A stretch of 61,618 bases of DNA from an uncultured Bdellovibrionales bacterium (GTDB lineage Bacteria; Bdellovibrionota_C; UBA2361; CAZKXU01), in NCBI GenBank assembly GCA_964556665.1, contig CAZKXU010000006.1, forward strand, positions 1 to 61,618. The letters run 5' to 3'. The first letter of the stretch is position 1. Every line of letters begins with the position of its first letter. Below the pieces are notes generated by a model. The model had not been told where the DNA came from. It did not search any database and saw only the letters and a list, made by a program, of their open reading frames with translations. Both the position numbers and the translations under genes were made by a program. Shown here one piece after another: positions 19,506 through 30,383 of the stretch.

Positions 19506-19970
19506 ATGCTTACATCGGAACAGGTATGGAATACTGTTAACTCCATCGTAGAAGGGCAAGGTCTTAAACTCTTTGATCTGGAGGTGCCAAAAAGTAGTGG
19601 CGGAACACTGCGTGTTTTTATTTGGCGCGGAGAGCAGAAGATAAATATTAATCTGGATGATTGTGCCTCAGTAAGTCGTGCAATTAGAGAGATGGACGAG
19701 GAGGCAAACATGTTTCCGTCAGGCTGGGAGCTTGAGGTTTCATCTCCAGGGGTAAATCGAAGACTCTCCCGTTATGAGCATTTTAATACTGCGCTAGGCG
19801 AGAGACTGAAAGTGACAGTGGGCGAAGAAGGAAAGCCAGGATTTAAGACACATTTTGGCAAGTTACTTACAGCTAGCCCCGAGGTACTTGAGTTGGAGGA
19901 TGAGGCTTGTGGAGCGATAATAATACCGTTTAGTCAGGTTCGTAAAGCTAGAATAGATTTTTTGTTTTAA
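19506..19970 (+). CDS. rimP: Ribosome maturation factor RimP
   Basis: LRVFI, LDDCASVSR, LEVSSPGVNR; upstream of nusA. Confidence 0.92.
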   Translation: MLTSEQVWNTVNSIVEGQGLKLFDLEVPKSSGGTLRVFIWRGEQKININLDDCASVSRAIREMDEEANMFPSGWELEVSSPGVNRRLSRYEHFNTALGERLKVTVGEEGKPGFKTHFGKLLTASPEVLELEDEACGAIIIPFSQVRKARIDFLF

Positions 19971-19991
19971 TGTATTAAGGAGAGATAACAA

Positions 19992-21485
19992 ATGTCAGTA
20001 GGTGACTTAAATACCCTCTTAGGACAGATGGGTAAAGATAAGGGGATTGAAAAGAAGATTTTAATTGAAGCTGTTGAGTCTGCTGTTCTTTCGGCTGCAC
20101 GAAAGCATTACGGACACAATTTAAACCTGGAAGCTACCTTCAATGAGGAGAGCGGAGAGGTAGAAGTTGTTCAATTTAAGACAGTAGTTGAGAGAGTAGA
20201 GGATCCTGATACTCAGATCGGAACCGAGGCAGCGCGTATCGAATATGATGCCGAGGCGATGGTTGGTGACGAGCTTGGTAAAAAGCTTGATACCTCTGTT
20301 TTAGGCAGAATCGCAGCGCAGACAGCTAAGCAGGTCATTATCCAAAAATTCAGAGATGCAGAGCGTGACGTGATATTCGATGAATACAAAGGCTCTAAGG
20401 GAGAGTTAATTAACGGTATAGTACAGCGCTACGATCGCGGTAATTTGATCGTAAACCTTGGTAGAACCGAGGCCGTTGTTCCAAAACGGGAACAGATCGC
20501 AAAGGAGAGGTACCGCCAAGGAGATCGTGTGCGTTGCATGATCTTGGATATAGATCGCTCAGCACGCGGACCACAGATCATCCTTACACGCAGTCATCCA
20601 GATTTTCTAAGAAAACTGTTCGAACTTGAGGTGCCTGAGATTCAGGAGAAGGTGATTGAGATAAAAGGTATTGCACGTGAGCCAGGAGAGCGCGCAAAAA
20701 TTGCTGTGTATTCAAATGATAGCAGTGTGGACCCAGTAGGTGCATGTGTAGGCATTAAGGGATCCAGGGTTCAGGCTGTTGTGCAGGAGCTACGTGGTGA
20801 AAGAGTCGACATTATTCCATGGGTACCAGACGAGCCATCATTCGTAGCTCGCTCATTAGTACCGGCAGAGGTTTCACGTGTTGTAATGGATGAAGATGAC
20901 CACTCCATGGAGGTAATTGTAAACGACGACCAGCTTTCATTGGCGATCGGTCGTCGCGGACAGAATGTCAAACTTGCTAGCAAGTTGACCGGGTGGCGAA
21001 TCGATGTGCGCAGCGTAGCCGTTGCCGAAGAAGAATCGAAGCGTGCACGTTTGGCGCTCGAAGGAATTCCAGGTATCGAATTCACACATGCCGAGCTGTT
21101 ATTTCAGGCTGGATTTAGAAGTGTAGAAGAAGTTGCTAATGCAAGCTTAGAGGAGTTGTGCGAGACAGAGGGTGTTGATCAGGCCGTAGCATCAACTATT
21201 TCAGCTGCAGCGAAGCAGTGGATTGTTGAGCAGGAGAAGGCGGTGATTAATGATGCCTCAGCTGTTTCTGACTTGGATAAGATTCTGATCGGACCAGATC
21301 TGAGAGGAAAGCTTCTCAAGGGCGGATATCGAACGATTCAGAGTTTGGTGCTTACAGACCCACAGGATCTTTTGAAGGTTGATGGGGTGCAGGCAACTGA
21401 CCTAGACATTATTAAAGAAGCAACTGATGCTTTCCTTAGAAGCGCAGCTCCTCAGAAAGAGAAGTTTGGGAGAGCGCGTACATGA
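19992..21485 (+). CDS. nusA: Transcription factor NusA with C-terminal HhH repeats
   Basis: GRIAAQTAKQVI, AREPGERAKIAV, DPVGACVG, SLAIGRRGQNV. Confidence 0.97.
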   Translation: MSVGDLNTLLGQMGKDKGIEKKILIEAVESAVLSAARKHYGHNLNLEATFNEESGEVEVVQFKTVVERVEDPDTQIGTEAARIEYDAEAMVGDELGKKLDTSVLGRIAAQTAKQVIIQKFRDAERDVIFDEYKGSKGELINGIVQRYDRGNLIVNLGRTEAVVPKREQIAKERYRQGDRVRCMILDIDRSARGPQIILTRSHPDFLRKLFELEVPEIQEKVIEIKGIAREPGERAKIAVYSNDSSVDPVGACVGIKGSRVQAVVQELRGERVDIIPWVPDEPSFVARSLVPAEVSRVVMDEDDHSMEVIVNDDQLSLAIGRRGQNVKLASKLTGWRIDVRSVAVAEEESKRARLALEGIPGIEFTHAELLFQAGFRSVEEVANASLEELCETEGVDQAVASTISAAAKQWIVEQEKAVINDASAVSDLDKILIGPDLRGKLLKGGYRTIQSLVLTDPQDLLKVDGVQATDLDIIKEATDAFLRSAAPQKEKFGRART

Positions 21486-21706
21486 GCTCTCCTCCGCGGG
21501 AGCGATCCTGTTTAGTATGTCGAAAAAGGACTCAACAGGATGGGATGCTAAGGTTGGCTTGGAATGGTAACTTGGTCATAGATAAGGATTGTAAACTTAT
21601 CGGACGAGGAGCCTATATACATGCAGATTGCAAAGGCCGGCTTAAACCTGAACAGGTTAGACGAGCACTTAGACTTAAAGAGGTGCCATGTTTGAGCGGA
21701 CTATAG
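21482..21706 (+). CDS. ylxR: YlxR/DUF448 RNA-binding protein
   Basis: RSCLVCR, GRGAYIH; canonical position between nusA and infB. Confidence 0.85.
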   Translation: MSSPPRERSCLVCRKRTQQDGMLRLAWNGNLVIDKDCKLIGRGAYIHADCKGRLKPEQVRRALRLKEVPCLSGL

Positions 21707-21785
21707 GCGAGGTAATTTGAAAGGGCGGACATTAGTCCGCCCAGATGAGAATTTAGGTTCTCATCTGGTTAAGTTAAAGAGACAT

Positions 21786-24305
21786 ATGACAAAGATTAGA
21801 ATATACGAACTGGCGAAAGAGCTAGGCGTTGATAATAAAATAGTTATTAATAAGGCGATCGAGCTCGGCTTTCCCGGGAAGAGTTCGCACTCACACTCAC
21901 TTGAGGCCGATGAGGCGGATCAGATTAGACGCGCGGTAATTCGTCAAGCCATAGGCAATGCGCCAGCAGAGGTTGTAAAAAGCAAGGTCACCGAGGAGGG
22001 CACATCAACGGTGGTTGAGCGTCGTAAGGGTAATATTATCCGCAGACGTCGAGAAGAGCCGGTAGCTGAGGCACCAGCGCAGGTAATAGAAGAGCCTCAG
22101 ATAGCAGCTCCAGTAGAGGTAGTAGTTCCTCAGATTGAATCGGAGATAGAGCCGCAGGTTAAGTCGCAGGAGCAAGCAACAGAAGAGACAGCAGCTCCTA
22201 TAGAGCAGGTCAGCACTGCTGTTGTTTCTGAGAGTCAGACGCCTAAGGCAGGGGAAGCAAAAAAAATAATTGGACCGAAGATACTAGGTAAGATAGATCT
22301 GCCTGTTAGACGATTGCCCAAAACTGAGGTTAAAGCAAAATCTTCTGAATCGGTTATTGTTGATCCTGAAGAGGAAAAGCTTAAATCAAAAGTTAAAAAG
22401 AGAAAGAAGGTTGAGTTTAGCCGTGGTCAGCTAGTTGACTATGAAGGGCGAGATAGGAAGGGTCGAGCAGGTGGCAAAGGGCGTGGTCGTGAGGAGGAAC
22501 TCGACAAGAAGAATATTGAGGGAACAGCACCACGTGCTACCAAGAAAATTCTTAAAATCGCTGAATCAATCTCGGTGGGTGATCTTGCTAAGCAGATGAG
22601 TCTAAAAGCTGGGGATGTAATTTCCAAGCTTATGGAGCTCGGCATTATGGCTACCATTAACCACAGCCTTGATCAGGTTACAGCTCAGCTCGTGGTTGAA
22701 GAGTTGGGGTTCGAATTTGAGTCTTCATCCTTCGACGAAGCTCAGATGATTAAGGATGATTCAACAACTGAAACTGAGGATGTCGCTGCACTTAGGCCCC
22801 GTCCGCCGGTTGTCACTGTAATGGGACATGTTGACCATGGTAAGACCTCGCTACTTGATAATATCCGCAGTGCTGCTGTGGCTGCCAAAGAGGCAGGTGG
22901 TATCACTCAACATATCGGTGCATATACTGTAAAGGTCAAGGAACGATCGATTACCTTTATCGATACTCCAGGTCATGCGGCCTTTACCTCAATGCGTGCT
23001 CGCGGAGCACAGGTTACTGATATAGTTATTTTAGTTGTAGCTGCTGATGATGGTGTGATGCCTCAAACAGTAGAGGCGATTAACCATGCAAAAGCTGCTG
23101 GAGTGCCGATAATTGTAGCGATCAATAAGATGGATAAGCACGGTGCTCAGCCTGATAAAGTGAAGCAGAGATTGGTAGAGCAGGGGCTACAGCCCGAGGA
23201 TTGGGGCGGAGATACTATGTATTTCCCGGTTTCAGCCTTAAAGGGAACCGGTGTACGTGAGTTATTAGAAGGTGTGCTGTTATTAGCAGATGTTAAGGAG
23301 CTTAAGGCTAATCCAGACAAGCGTGCGCGTGGAACTATTATCGAGGCGCGCCAGGATCGTGGACGCGGACGTGTATGTACAGTATTGGTACAGAGCGGAA
23401 CGTTACGGGTGGGTGATATGTTTGTAACCGGCTCGGAGATGGGGCGTGTGCGATCGATGCAGGATCATATGGGCACCAAGCTGAAGGAGGCCGGACCATC
23501 AATGCCGGTTGAGATTACCGGTTTAGATGAGCTGCCGGGTGCGGGGGATGACTTCTTAGTCTTGGAGTCTGAGGATGCAATTAAGGATATCGTTTATAAT
23601 CGTCAGCAGATAAAAGCTGCAAAGGAGCGCTCCCTTGCAGCAGGACCTATTAGCTTAGAGGAGTTTGCGCGTCGCGCTAACGATATGGCAGCGGCCGAAC
23701 TTAATGTAATTATAAAGGCAGATGTGCATGGTTCCCTTGAGGCTGTAAAGCAGTCATTGGAACAGGTTTCTACACCTAAGGTGAAGGTTAAGGTGGTACA
23801 TTTCGCCGTTGGTGGTATCACTGAGAGTGATATTCAGCTAGCGCTTGCTTCCAAAGCTATCGTGATCGGTTTTGGCGTGCGTGCTGAGAGTCGAGCACAG
23901 GAAGAAGCAGAGAGATTCGGCATACAGCTTAGATTCTATCGGATTATTTATGATGTGGTAGAGGATATTAAAAAAGCGATGGCGGGTCTACTTGAGCCGT
24001 TACGTGAGGAGGTTAAACTTGGCCGTGCAGAGGTACGTGAAACCTTTAGTATACCAAAGATGGGTGTAATAGCTGGCTGCTACGTTGCTGATGGACAGAT
24101 TAAGAGAGGTGCATTTGTTAGATTACTACGTGACAGTCAGGTCGTGTACGAAGGTAAGATGGGAAGTCTTAGACGCTTCAAGGAAGATGTAAAAGAGGTC
24201 AATAGCGGATATGAATGCGGTATCGGCATTGAGCGCTTTAACGATATAAAGATAGGTGATCAGATCGAGGTATTTGAAGTTAAGGAGATTGCGCAAACAT
24301 TGTAA
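21786..24305 (+). CDS. infB: Translation initiation factor IF-2
   Basis: RIYELAKELG, MGHVDHGKTSLLD, DTPGH, NKMD; likely start ATG 21786. Confidence 0.97.
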   Translation: MTKIRIYELAKELGVDNKIVINKAIELGFPGKSSHSHSLEADEADQIRRAVIRQAIGNAPAEVVKSKVTEEGTSTVVERRKGNIIRRRREEPVAEAPAQVIEEPQIAAPVEVVVPQIESEIEPQVKSQEQATEETAAPIEQVSTAVVSESQTPKAGEAKKIIGPKILGKIDLPVRRLPKTEVKAKSSESVIVDPEEEKLKSKVKKRKKVEFSRGQLVDYEGRDRKGRAGGKGRGREEELDKKNIEGTAPRATKKILKIAESISVGDLAKQMSLKAGDVISKLMELGIMATINHSLDQVTAQLVVEELGFEFESSSFDEAQMIKDDSTTETEDVAALRPRPPVVTVMGHVDHGKTSLLDNIRSAAVAAKEAGGITQHIGAYTVKVKERSITFIDTPGHAAFTSMRARGAQVTDIVILVVAADDGVMPQTVEAINHAKAAGVPIIVAINKMDKHGAQPDKVKQRLVEQGLQPEDWGGDTMYFPVSALKGTGVRELLEGVLLLADVKELKANPDKRARGTIIEARQDRGRGRVCTVLVQSGTLRVGDMFVTGSEMGRVRSMQDHMGTKLKEAGPSMPVEITGLDELPGAGDDFLVLESEDAIKDIVYNRQQIKAAKERSLAAGPISLEEFARRANDMAAAELNVIIKADVHGSLEAVKQSLEQVSTPKVKVKVVHFAVGGITESDIQLALASKAIVIGFGVRAESRAQEEAERFGIQLRFYRIIYDVVEDIKKAMAGLLEPLREEVKLGRAEVRETFSIPKMGVIAGCYVADGQIKRGAFVRLLRDSQVVYEGKMGSLRRFKEDVKEVNSGYECGIGIERFNDIKIGDQIEVFEVKEIAQTL

Positions 24306-24312
24306 TCTAATG

Positions 24313-24388
24313 ACTGGGAGTGCGGGCTTCCAGCCCGCAAACGAATTAAATGTTACTGCGTAGTGGGCAAGATGCCCTCGCTCCCAGT
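24313..24388. repeat. 76-bp REP doublet
   Basis: actgggagtgcgggcttccagcccgc ... gtgggcaagatgccctcgctcccagt. Confidence 0.85.
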
Positions 24389-24412
24389 AAATTAAGCTTT
24401 ATATTTTTTATC

Positions 24413-24811
24413 ATGTCAACAAACCGTCGTGTTCATCAGGTAGCAGAGAGAATTAAAACCTTAATAGCTGCTGAGCTAGTGCGTGCGGCTGATCCTCGTT
24501 TTCTTCTAGTTACTATTACCTCAGCCTCAGTTACAGATGACCTACGCTTAGCGCGTGTCTATTGGATTGTCTCTGGAGATCAGGGACGCCGAGAGGAGAT
24601 CGATGAAGCTTTTAGAGGAGCAGCAGGGTTATTTAAGAGGATCTTAGGAAAAGAGCTTAGGACCCGCTTTGTACCGGATCTAACATTCTATTATGACGAC
24701 ACCTTTGATGCTGTAACTCAGGTTGACGATCTATTCGCAAAAATTAAGAGACGGGATATTGAATTAGGCAAAATTGAAGAGACCGAAAAGGCAGGGGAAA
24801 ATGAGCAGTAA
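24413..24811 (+). CDS. rbfA: Ribosome-binding factor A
   Basis: RRVHQVAERI, DPR..VTIT...VTDDLR.ARVY, RFVPDLTFYYD. Confidence 0.93.
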   Translation: MSTNRRVHQVAERIKTLIAAELVRAADPRFLLVTITSASVTDDLRLARVYWIVSGDQGRREEIDEAFRGAAGLFKRILGKELRTRFVPDLTFYYDDTFDAVTQVDDLFAKIKRRDIELGKIEETEKAGENEQ

Positions 24812-25775
24812 TCTTTCAATCACTGAGATCTCTAATGTCATTAGTAAGATTGATAAAGTTGTAGTCGCAGCCCATTATAACCCAGATGCTGATGCCTATG
24901 GATCTAGCTCTGCAATGGCAATGGCGCTTAGCTCAATTGGTAAAGATGTAGTTCTTTTCAATGAAACAGGATTAGTAGAGGGGTATGAGCATATTCCTGG
25001 TGTTGAAAAATTAGTATCGACTCTGCCGCTTAACTACACGAATATTATTTCACTCGATTGTGGCGGATTAAATAGATTAGGCGAGAGCTTTAGAAGTAAA
25101 GCTCATAAATTTGAGCGCATAGTGAATATCGACCACCACGTATCTAATGACCTTTTTGGTACACATAATCTAGTTCTTGGTGATGCAAGCTCAACATGTG
25201 AGATAGTATTTAACATTCTCAAGCAGCTAAAAATTACGATTAGCAAAGAGATAGCGACAGCTTTATTTACTGGAATATCTGCTGATACTGGGTCCTTTGC
25301 CTACTCTTCTACACGCGCATCGACCTTTGCGATTGCCGAGGAGTTAGTAAAATTAGGGGCCTCCCCAGCTGAGATCGCAGTAAATCTCTATCAGAGTAAT
25401 TCACTGCCAACAATTATGTTACAGTCCGAAGCCTTAAGTAAACTAAAACTGCATTGTAACGGCGCGTTAGTAGAGATCCTAGTAGATGATGAGATGTATA
25501 AACGACATCACGCCACATCAGAAAATACAGAAGGCATAGTAGATCGTGCCCGCTCCATAAAAGGGGTCCGAGTTGCACTTTTCATATACCGCGAGGATGG
25601 GCTTTGGAAGATTAGTCTTAGATCTAAAGATCCGGCTGTTGATCTCTCCAAAGTAGCGGCAACTTTTGGAGGCGGTGGACATCGCGCTGCAGCTGCTTTT
25701 AGGTGGAAGAAAGACTTAGAGGAGCTTAGGCCAAAAATATTAGATGCGTTGGAGAATGCTCTGCTAGTTAAATGA
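24801..25775 (+). CDS. nrnA: DHH/DHHA1 phosphoesterase (NrnA-like)
   Basis: H.NPDADAYGS, LDC, NIDHH, DTGSF, SLRS, GGGGH..AA. Confidence 0.88.
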   Translation: MSSNLSITEISNVISKIDKVVVAAHYNPDADAYGSSSAMAMALSSIGKDVVLFNETGLVEGYEHIPGVEKLVSTLPLNYTNIISLDCGGLNRLGESFRSKAHKFERIVNIDHHVSNDLFGTHNLVLGDASSTCEIVFNILKQLKITISKEIATALFTGISADTGSFAYSSTRASTFAIAEELVKLGASPAEIAVNLYQSNSLPTIMLQSEALSKLKLHCNGALVEILVDDEMYKRHHATSENTEGIVDRARSIKGVRVALFIYREDGLWKISLRSKDPAVDLSKVAATFGGGGHRAAAAFRWKKDLEELRPKILDALENALLVK

Positions 25776-25797
25776 TAGCGTTTCGCTAAATAAGCAT

Positions 25798-25873
25798 ACT
25801 GGGACCGCGGGCTTTCAGTCCGCTTAGTGGTGACAGCTCATTTGTTTGGTGGGCAAGATGCCGCGCTCCCAGT
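25798..25873. repeat. 76-bp REP doublet
   Basis: actgggaccgcgggctttcagtccgc ... gggcaagatgccgcgctcccagt. Confidence 0.8.
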
Positions 25874-25975
25874 GGAAAACAATTTATGTTTTAGTGCGCT
25901 TGCCATAACGAGCTTTATTTTTCCGCTTATACCCTCTACCAATTAAGTTAAATCTGCGCTATAAATTTTCCTTAC

Positions 25976-26057
25976 GCGGGGGTGGTGGAATTGGCAGACA
26001 CGCCAGACTTAGGATCTGGTGCCGCAAGGCTTGGGGGTTCAAGTCCCCCCTTCCGCA
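25976..26057 (+). tRNA. tRNA-Leu (anticodon TAG), CCA not encoded
   Basis: GCGGGGG/CTTCCGC-A acceptor, D-loop GGAATTGGCAGAC, anticodon arm CCAGA-CTTAGGA-TCTGG, long variable arm, T-arm GGGGG-TTCAAGT-CCCCC. Confidence 0.95.
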
Positions 26058-26252
26058 TTTTTAAGTTAGTCCGTTATACAGTTTCCTCAGTTTGCTTTTA
26101 AAGCAGTTCTATTATATACTCACGGGTAGGTGGTCGAGAGCTAAACAGATAAATCCGTCCGATTGATTACTATCTTCGGCTTTATCCGTTCAACTTCTTT
26201 CCAGCCATACTTATAATATCAGATATTTTGTAATCATATTGGGAGATCTACG

Positions 26253-27062
26253 ATGCGTTTCTCTATTATGCTTGGAGAAGAGGAGTCTCTGCCGAGTAAG
26301 CCGACAGATTCGGTTCAGCAGCATGAGGCCTTCAATCGTCATGACTTTACTGCGATTGAGAGTATTATTGGGTATCAGTTCAAGGATAAGACCTGGCTAG
26401 AGCGAGCTTTTACACACCGTTCTGCGCCTTCTAGTAAGATAGCAGAAGGCGGTAATGATTATGAAAGGCTAGAGTTTTTAGGTGATGCAGTACTTGATCT
26501 TGCAATTGCGGATCTTCTGCTTAGCAATCATCTGCAAGCCAAAGAAGGAGATCTCTCCAAGATGCGAGCAGCACTTGTTAATACAGCTTCACTTGCTGAC
26601 ATAGCAAAAACATTAGGCTTAGGATCCTATATTAGACTTAGCCGTGGTGAGCTAACAGCAGGGGGTGCTGAGCGTCCGTCGATCTTGGCTGATGTATTTG
26701 AAGCGCTAATGGGAGCAATTTATAGAGAGGCCGGTTTCGATGCTGCTATGAGTTGTGTTAAGAGGCTTTTTGCCAATCGTGTCTCTGATGTAAATCCCCG
26801 TGATCCAAAGACAGAGCTTCAGGAAATTTTACATGCAACCGGAAGTGAGCCGCCAACATATCTTTTGGAATGTGTGGAGGGGCCAGAACATGCACCAGCA
26901 TTTGTATCTGTTGTTCAGGTTGATGGCCAAATAGTTGGACGCGGACGCGGCAACACAAAGAAAGCCTCGCAGCAGATGGCCGCCGAAGAGGCTCTTAAGA
27001 GGCTTCGCGGTGGTGATGAGATAGATCAGCAGATTTTAAATAATATGAGTAGGGGCGTGTAG
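26253..27062 (+). CDS. rnc: Ribonuclease III
   Basis: AFTHRS, ERLEFLGDAVL, ADVFEALMGAIY, dsRBD DPKTELQE...GPEH. Confidence 0.96.
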   Translation: MRFSIMLGEEESLPSKPTDSVQQHEAFNRHDFTAIESIIGYQFKDKTWLERAFTHRSAPSSKIAEGGNDYERLEFLGDAVLDLAIADLLLSNHLQAKEGDLSKMRAALVNTASLADIAKTLGLGSYIRLSRGELTAGGAERPSILADVFEALMGAIYREAGFDAAMSCVKRLFANRVSDVNPRDPKTELQEILHATGSEPPTYLLECVEGPEHAPAFVSVVQVDGQIVGRGRGNTKKASQQMAAEEALKRLRGGDEIDQQILNNMSRGV

Positions 27063-27074
27063 TCTAAGTGTTTA

Positions 27075-27150
27075 ACTGGGACCGTGGGCTATCAGCCCGC
27101 AAACGAATTAGCTGTCACCACTAAGCGGGCTGGAAGCCCGCGGTCGCAGT
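27075..27150. repeat. 76-bp REP doublet
   Basis: actgggaccgtgggctatcagcccgc ... gcgggctggaagcccgcggtcgcagt. Confidence 0.85.
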
Positions 27151-27178
27151 GATGATTTATGCAGGGATGAAGTAATTT

Positions 27179-28555
27179 ATGTCAGGACGTACACCGATAG
27201 TAGCAATTATAGGCCGCACAAATGTGGGTAAATCCACACTTTTCAACGCTATAACTGCACGCAGAAAAGCAGTTGTAGAGGATCAGCCTGGTGTTACCCG
27301 CGATAGAAACTACGCCTTTGTAACCCGTTTTGGCCAGCCATTTACTCTGATTGACACAGGTGGACTAGTAGGGGAGGAGCAACGTGCTCTTTCAAAAGCA
27401 GTTAGGGACCAGGCTGAGGTGGCAGTTAATGAGGCAGATGTTGTAATTGCACTTTTTGATGGTATTCAGGGGCTCCATCCGCACGATGCCGAAGTGGTAG
27501 ATCTCTTAAGACGATCAAAAAAAGAAGTTATTTGGGTAATAAATAAATGTGAAAGCCCCAAGACGACTATTTCATCCGCTGAATTCTATTCATTAGGTGT
27601 TTCAGATCTGCATTTTGTAAGTGCGGCACATAAGCGCGGCATCAAAGAGTTAGCTAAACTTCTAAATGAGAAATTTGAGAGTCTAGGATTTGAGCCCACA
27701 AGTCTTGAACGTACAGAAAGAGGGATTAGAGTTGCAGTGCTTGGCAGGCCAAATGTTGGCAAATCAACACTTATAAATAAGATATTGGGTGAGGAACGGC
27801 TCGTCACTTCGCCTATAGCAGGAACTACAACGGATAGCATCGACATAGTACTTAAACGGGATGGTAGGCATTTTACTATAGTAGATACGGCTGGCTTGAG
27901 AAAGCGCGGAAAAGTAGATGCGGCGACCGTAGAGCGCTTTGCTAATTTGCGTGCTCTTAAAACCTTAGCTGGTAGTGACGTTGCTGTATTGGTGCTGGAT
28001 GCGTCTGAGGAGGGAACTCCAACTGAGCAGGAGCTTAAGATTGTCAGTATTGCACATGAACGCGGGAAAGGGATCGTAGTAGTAGTTAACAAATGGGACG
28101 CAATTGAAAAAGATGATAAAACTGCTAAATATTTTAAGGAGCATATTAAGTCCCGACTAGGGTTTGCTTCCTATGCCTCAGTTCTTTTCGTTTCAGCTAA
28201 AATGGGAACACGCTGCCCGAGCGTATTAAAAGAGGTAAATCGCGTTTACGAAAATGCTGCTACAAAGGTTAAAACTCCTGACATCAATAGAATTTTGAGT
28301 AAGGCTTTTGAGATGAACCCGCCCCCAATATACCGTGGCGCGCCTGTAAAACTTAATTATGTGACACAGATAGATGTGCAGCCACCAACATTTGTGCTCT
28401 TTCTTAATAATCCTAATAGGATCTCACCTTCATATGAACGGTATCTGAAGCGAGAGCTAAGAGAGCACTATGGATTTGAGGGCAGTGATATTAAATTTGT
28501 TTTCAAAAAGAAACCCGGGAAGCAGATGCGATTTTTGCCGCATAGTGGGGAGTAG
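27179..28555 (+). CDS. der: Ribosome biogenesis GTPase Der (EngA)
   Basis: Two G domains (GRTNVGKS, GRPNVGKS), PGVTRD, DTAG, NKWD, C-terminal PPTF. Confidence 0.96.
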   Translation: MSGRTPIVAIIGRTNVGKSTLFNAITARRKAVVEDQPGVTRDRNYAFVTRFGQPFTLIDTGGLVGEEQRALSKAVRDQAEVAVNEADVVIALFDGIQGLHPHDAEVVDLLRRSKKEVIWVINKCESPKTTISSAEFYSLGVSDLHFVSAAHKRGIKELAKLLNEKFESLGFEPTSLERTERGIRVAVLGRPNVGKSTLINKILGEERLVTSPIAGTTTDSIDIVLKRDGRHFTIVDTAGLRKRGKVDAATVERFANLRALKTLAGSDVAVLVLDASEEGTPTEQELKIVSIAHERGKGIVVVVNKWDAIEKDDKTAKYFKEHIKSRLGFASYASVLFVSAKMGTRCPSVLKEVNRVYENAATKVKTPDINRILSKAFEMNPPPIYRGAPVKLNYVTQIDVQPPTFVLFLNNPNRISPSYERYLKRELREHYGFEGSDIKFVFKKKPGKQMRFLPHSGE

Positions 28556-28905
28556 GGGTTACTAGACAGTCTTCACATTACCTCTAACAATTGTTGCTCC
28601 TGTCCTTGGTAGGAATCTTTTGTAATCTGTCCTCTATAGTGGGAAATAAAGATAATTGAAGATCGCTATGATGTTGCCCCAAGTTCGCATAATAACCTGC
28701 TACGGCGACGCGATAGGTATCGCTCTGCCCCAGGATTTTTCAAGCTCGTTGGCGATGTCCAGACGAAAGTGATCTTGAGAGACAGCAAAGTGAAGCACCT
28801 TTACTTCTTAGAAAATTTAAGATAATGAAGGAAGAAAGCGCTGGCAGCGGCGCGCTCTGAATCTTCGTATAATAAATAAATATTGATTGCTGTATAGGGC
28901 AGATT

Positions 28906-30090
28906 TTGAAACCTTTATCAATTGCTGTAGTTGGATTTGGAACAGCTGGCGGAGCGGCATCAATCTTACTTCACGATCTTGGTCATAAAATTACTCTATT
29001 TGAACAAGCTCACTCTCTTGGTCCGATTGGTGCAGGTGTTTTGTTGCAACCTTCGGGGCAGATGATTCTTCAAAAAATGGGACTGCTTTCCTATGTGACC
29101 CGAGATGCCGCACCGATTCGTTACATTAGGGCATTTAAACATTCAAGAAAAATACTTGCGGAGTTTGATTTTAATGAGCTCGGAGCCGGATGTAGAATCT
29201 TTGGCCTACATCGAAACGATCTCTTTTCCGTGCTTCACCGTGAAATTGAGAAGAGAAGTGTCTCCCTAGTTCTTGGAAAAAAGATTGAAAGAGCTGTGCA
29301 GGTTCAAGATAGGATGGAGATCTTGGATTCAACTGGCTCGAGTCATGGAGAATTTGATTTTGTAATCGCTGCGGACGGGGCAAATTCGGCATTAAGAGAT
29401 AATTCTAATATATCAATTCGAAAATATATCTATCCACACGGGGCACTTTGGTTGAATGGGCATTTAGACTACGATTTGGATTCTCTCTTACAGTGGACAA
29501 AAGGAACGGAGCTGCTTTCTGGGATCCTTCCGACTGGGAAAGGGCGAGGTTCTCTATTTTGGTCCATGACAAAGGCCGAATACCCTGTTGTGTTAGAGTC
29601 AGGATTCTCAGTCTGGAAAGATAATGCTCTTTACCAAGTTCCCGAAGTGGCCTCAATTCTCGAACCGATAAAAAGCCTAGAGGACTTTAAGTTTATAACC
29701 TACTCACATGTTGCACTTAGCTCCTGTTACAGTTCCGGAATATTATTTATCGGTGATGCTGCACATGCAATGTCACCTCACACAGGGCAGGGGATCAATC
29801 TTGCATTATTCGACGCTTACGAACTGGCAAAAGTAATGTCGAGCGCGCACAATATTAATGAAGCGTGCTTTGTTTACTCCAGGCGTAGAAAATCTCATAT
29901 TAGATTTTACTCTTTATTAACCGCAACTCTATCGCCGTTATTTCAATCACCAGGAATCTTCAAAGGTCTATTACGAGACTTGACCTTGCCTTGGCTTCAT
30001 CAACTTCCCTTGATAGACAAATATATGCTTAAGTCTGTTTCTGGGTTAAAGAAAGGTGTGTTTGGATGCTACTCTGATTTTGAAATTTAA
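28906..30090 (+). CDS. FAD-dependent monooxygenase
   Basis: VVGFGTAG, ADGANS, IGDAAHAMSPHTGQGINLAL.D. Confidence 0.88.
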   Translation: MKPLSIAVVGFGTAGGAASILLHDLGHKITLFEQAHSLGPIGAGVLLQPSGQMILQKMGLLSYVTRDAAPIRYIRAFKHSRKILAEFDFNELGAGCRIFGLHRNDLFSVLHREIEKRSVSLVLGKKIERAVQVQDRMEILDSTGSSHGEFDFVIAADGANSALRDNSNISIRKYIYPHGALWLNGHLDYDLDSLLQWTKGTELLSGILPTGKGRGSLFWSMTKAEYPVVLESGFSVWKDNALYQVPEVASILEPIKSLEDFKFITYSHVALSSCYSSGILFIGDAAHAMSPHTGQGINLALFDAYELAKVMSSAHNINEACFVYSRRRKSHIRFYSLLTATLSPLFQSPGIFKGLLRDLTLPWLHQLPLIDKYMLKSVSGLKKGVFGCYSDFEI

Positions 30091-30383
30091 AGCATTAAGG
30101 ATGACACGGTAACTATTATGGCTCTGTTTGGTGAGGAGATCAAGAAAAATATAACCGTCACTTTTTTTCTGAGCGGTAAGAATCGAAGAGTAAAAGTTCT
30201 GTTTACTCAAAAAAAAGTTCTAACAGCTTCCTACAGTAATAGACAGTAGGTATCATAAACAACACAATAATACCACCTAAGATAGTGTTTCTATTGTTTT
30301 TATTTCACAGCCGTTTGTAATGCAATTAGTAATCATGCCGACTTTTGTATACATAATCTTCTTATTTTATTAGGGGTAATTTT

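Noticed and set aside
25976-26250. tRNA-Leu as an integration site
   Set aside because: No integrase and no duplicated tRNA 3' end seen; rnc follows directly.
28560-28800. Minus-strand fragment (ELEKSWG...WGNIIAIFNY) faintly like an IS256 transposase
   Set aside because: Too short and interrupted to support without a search.
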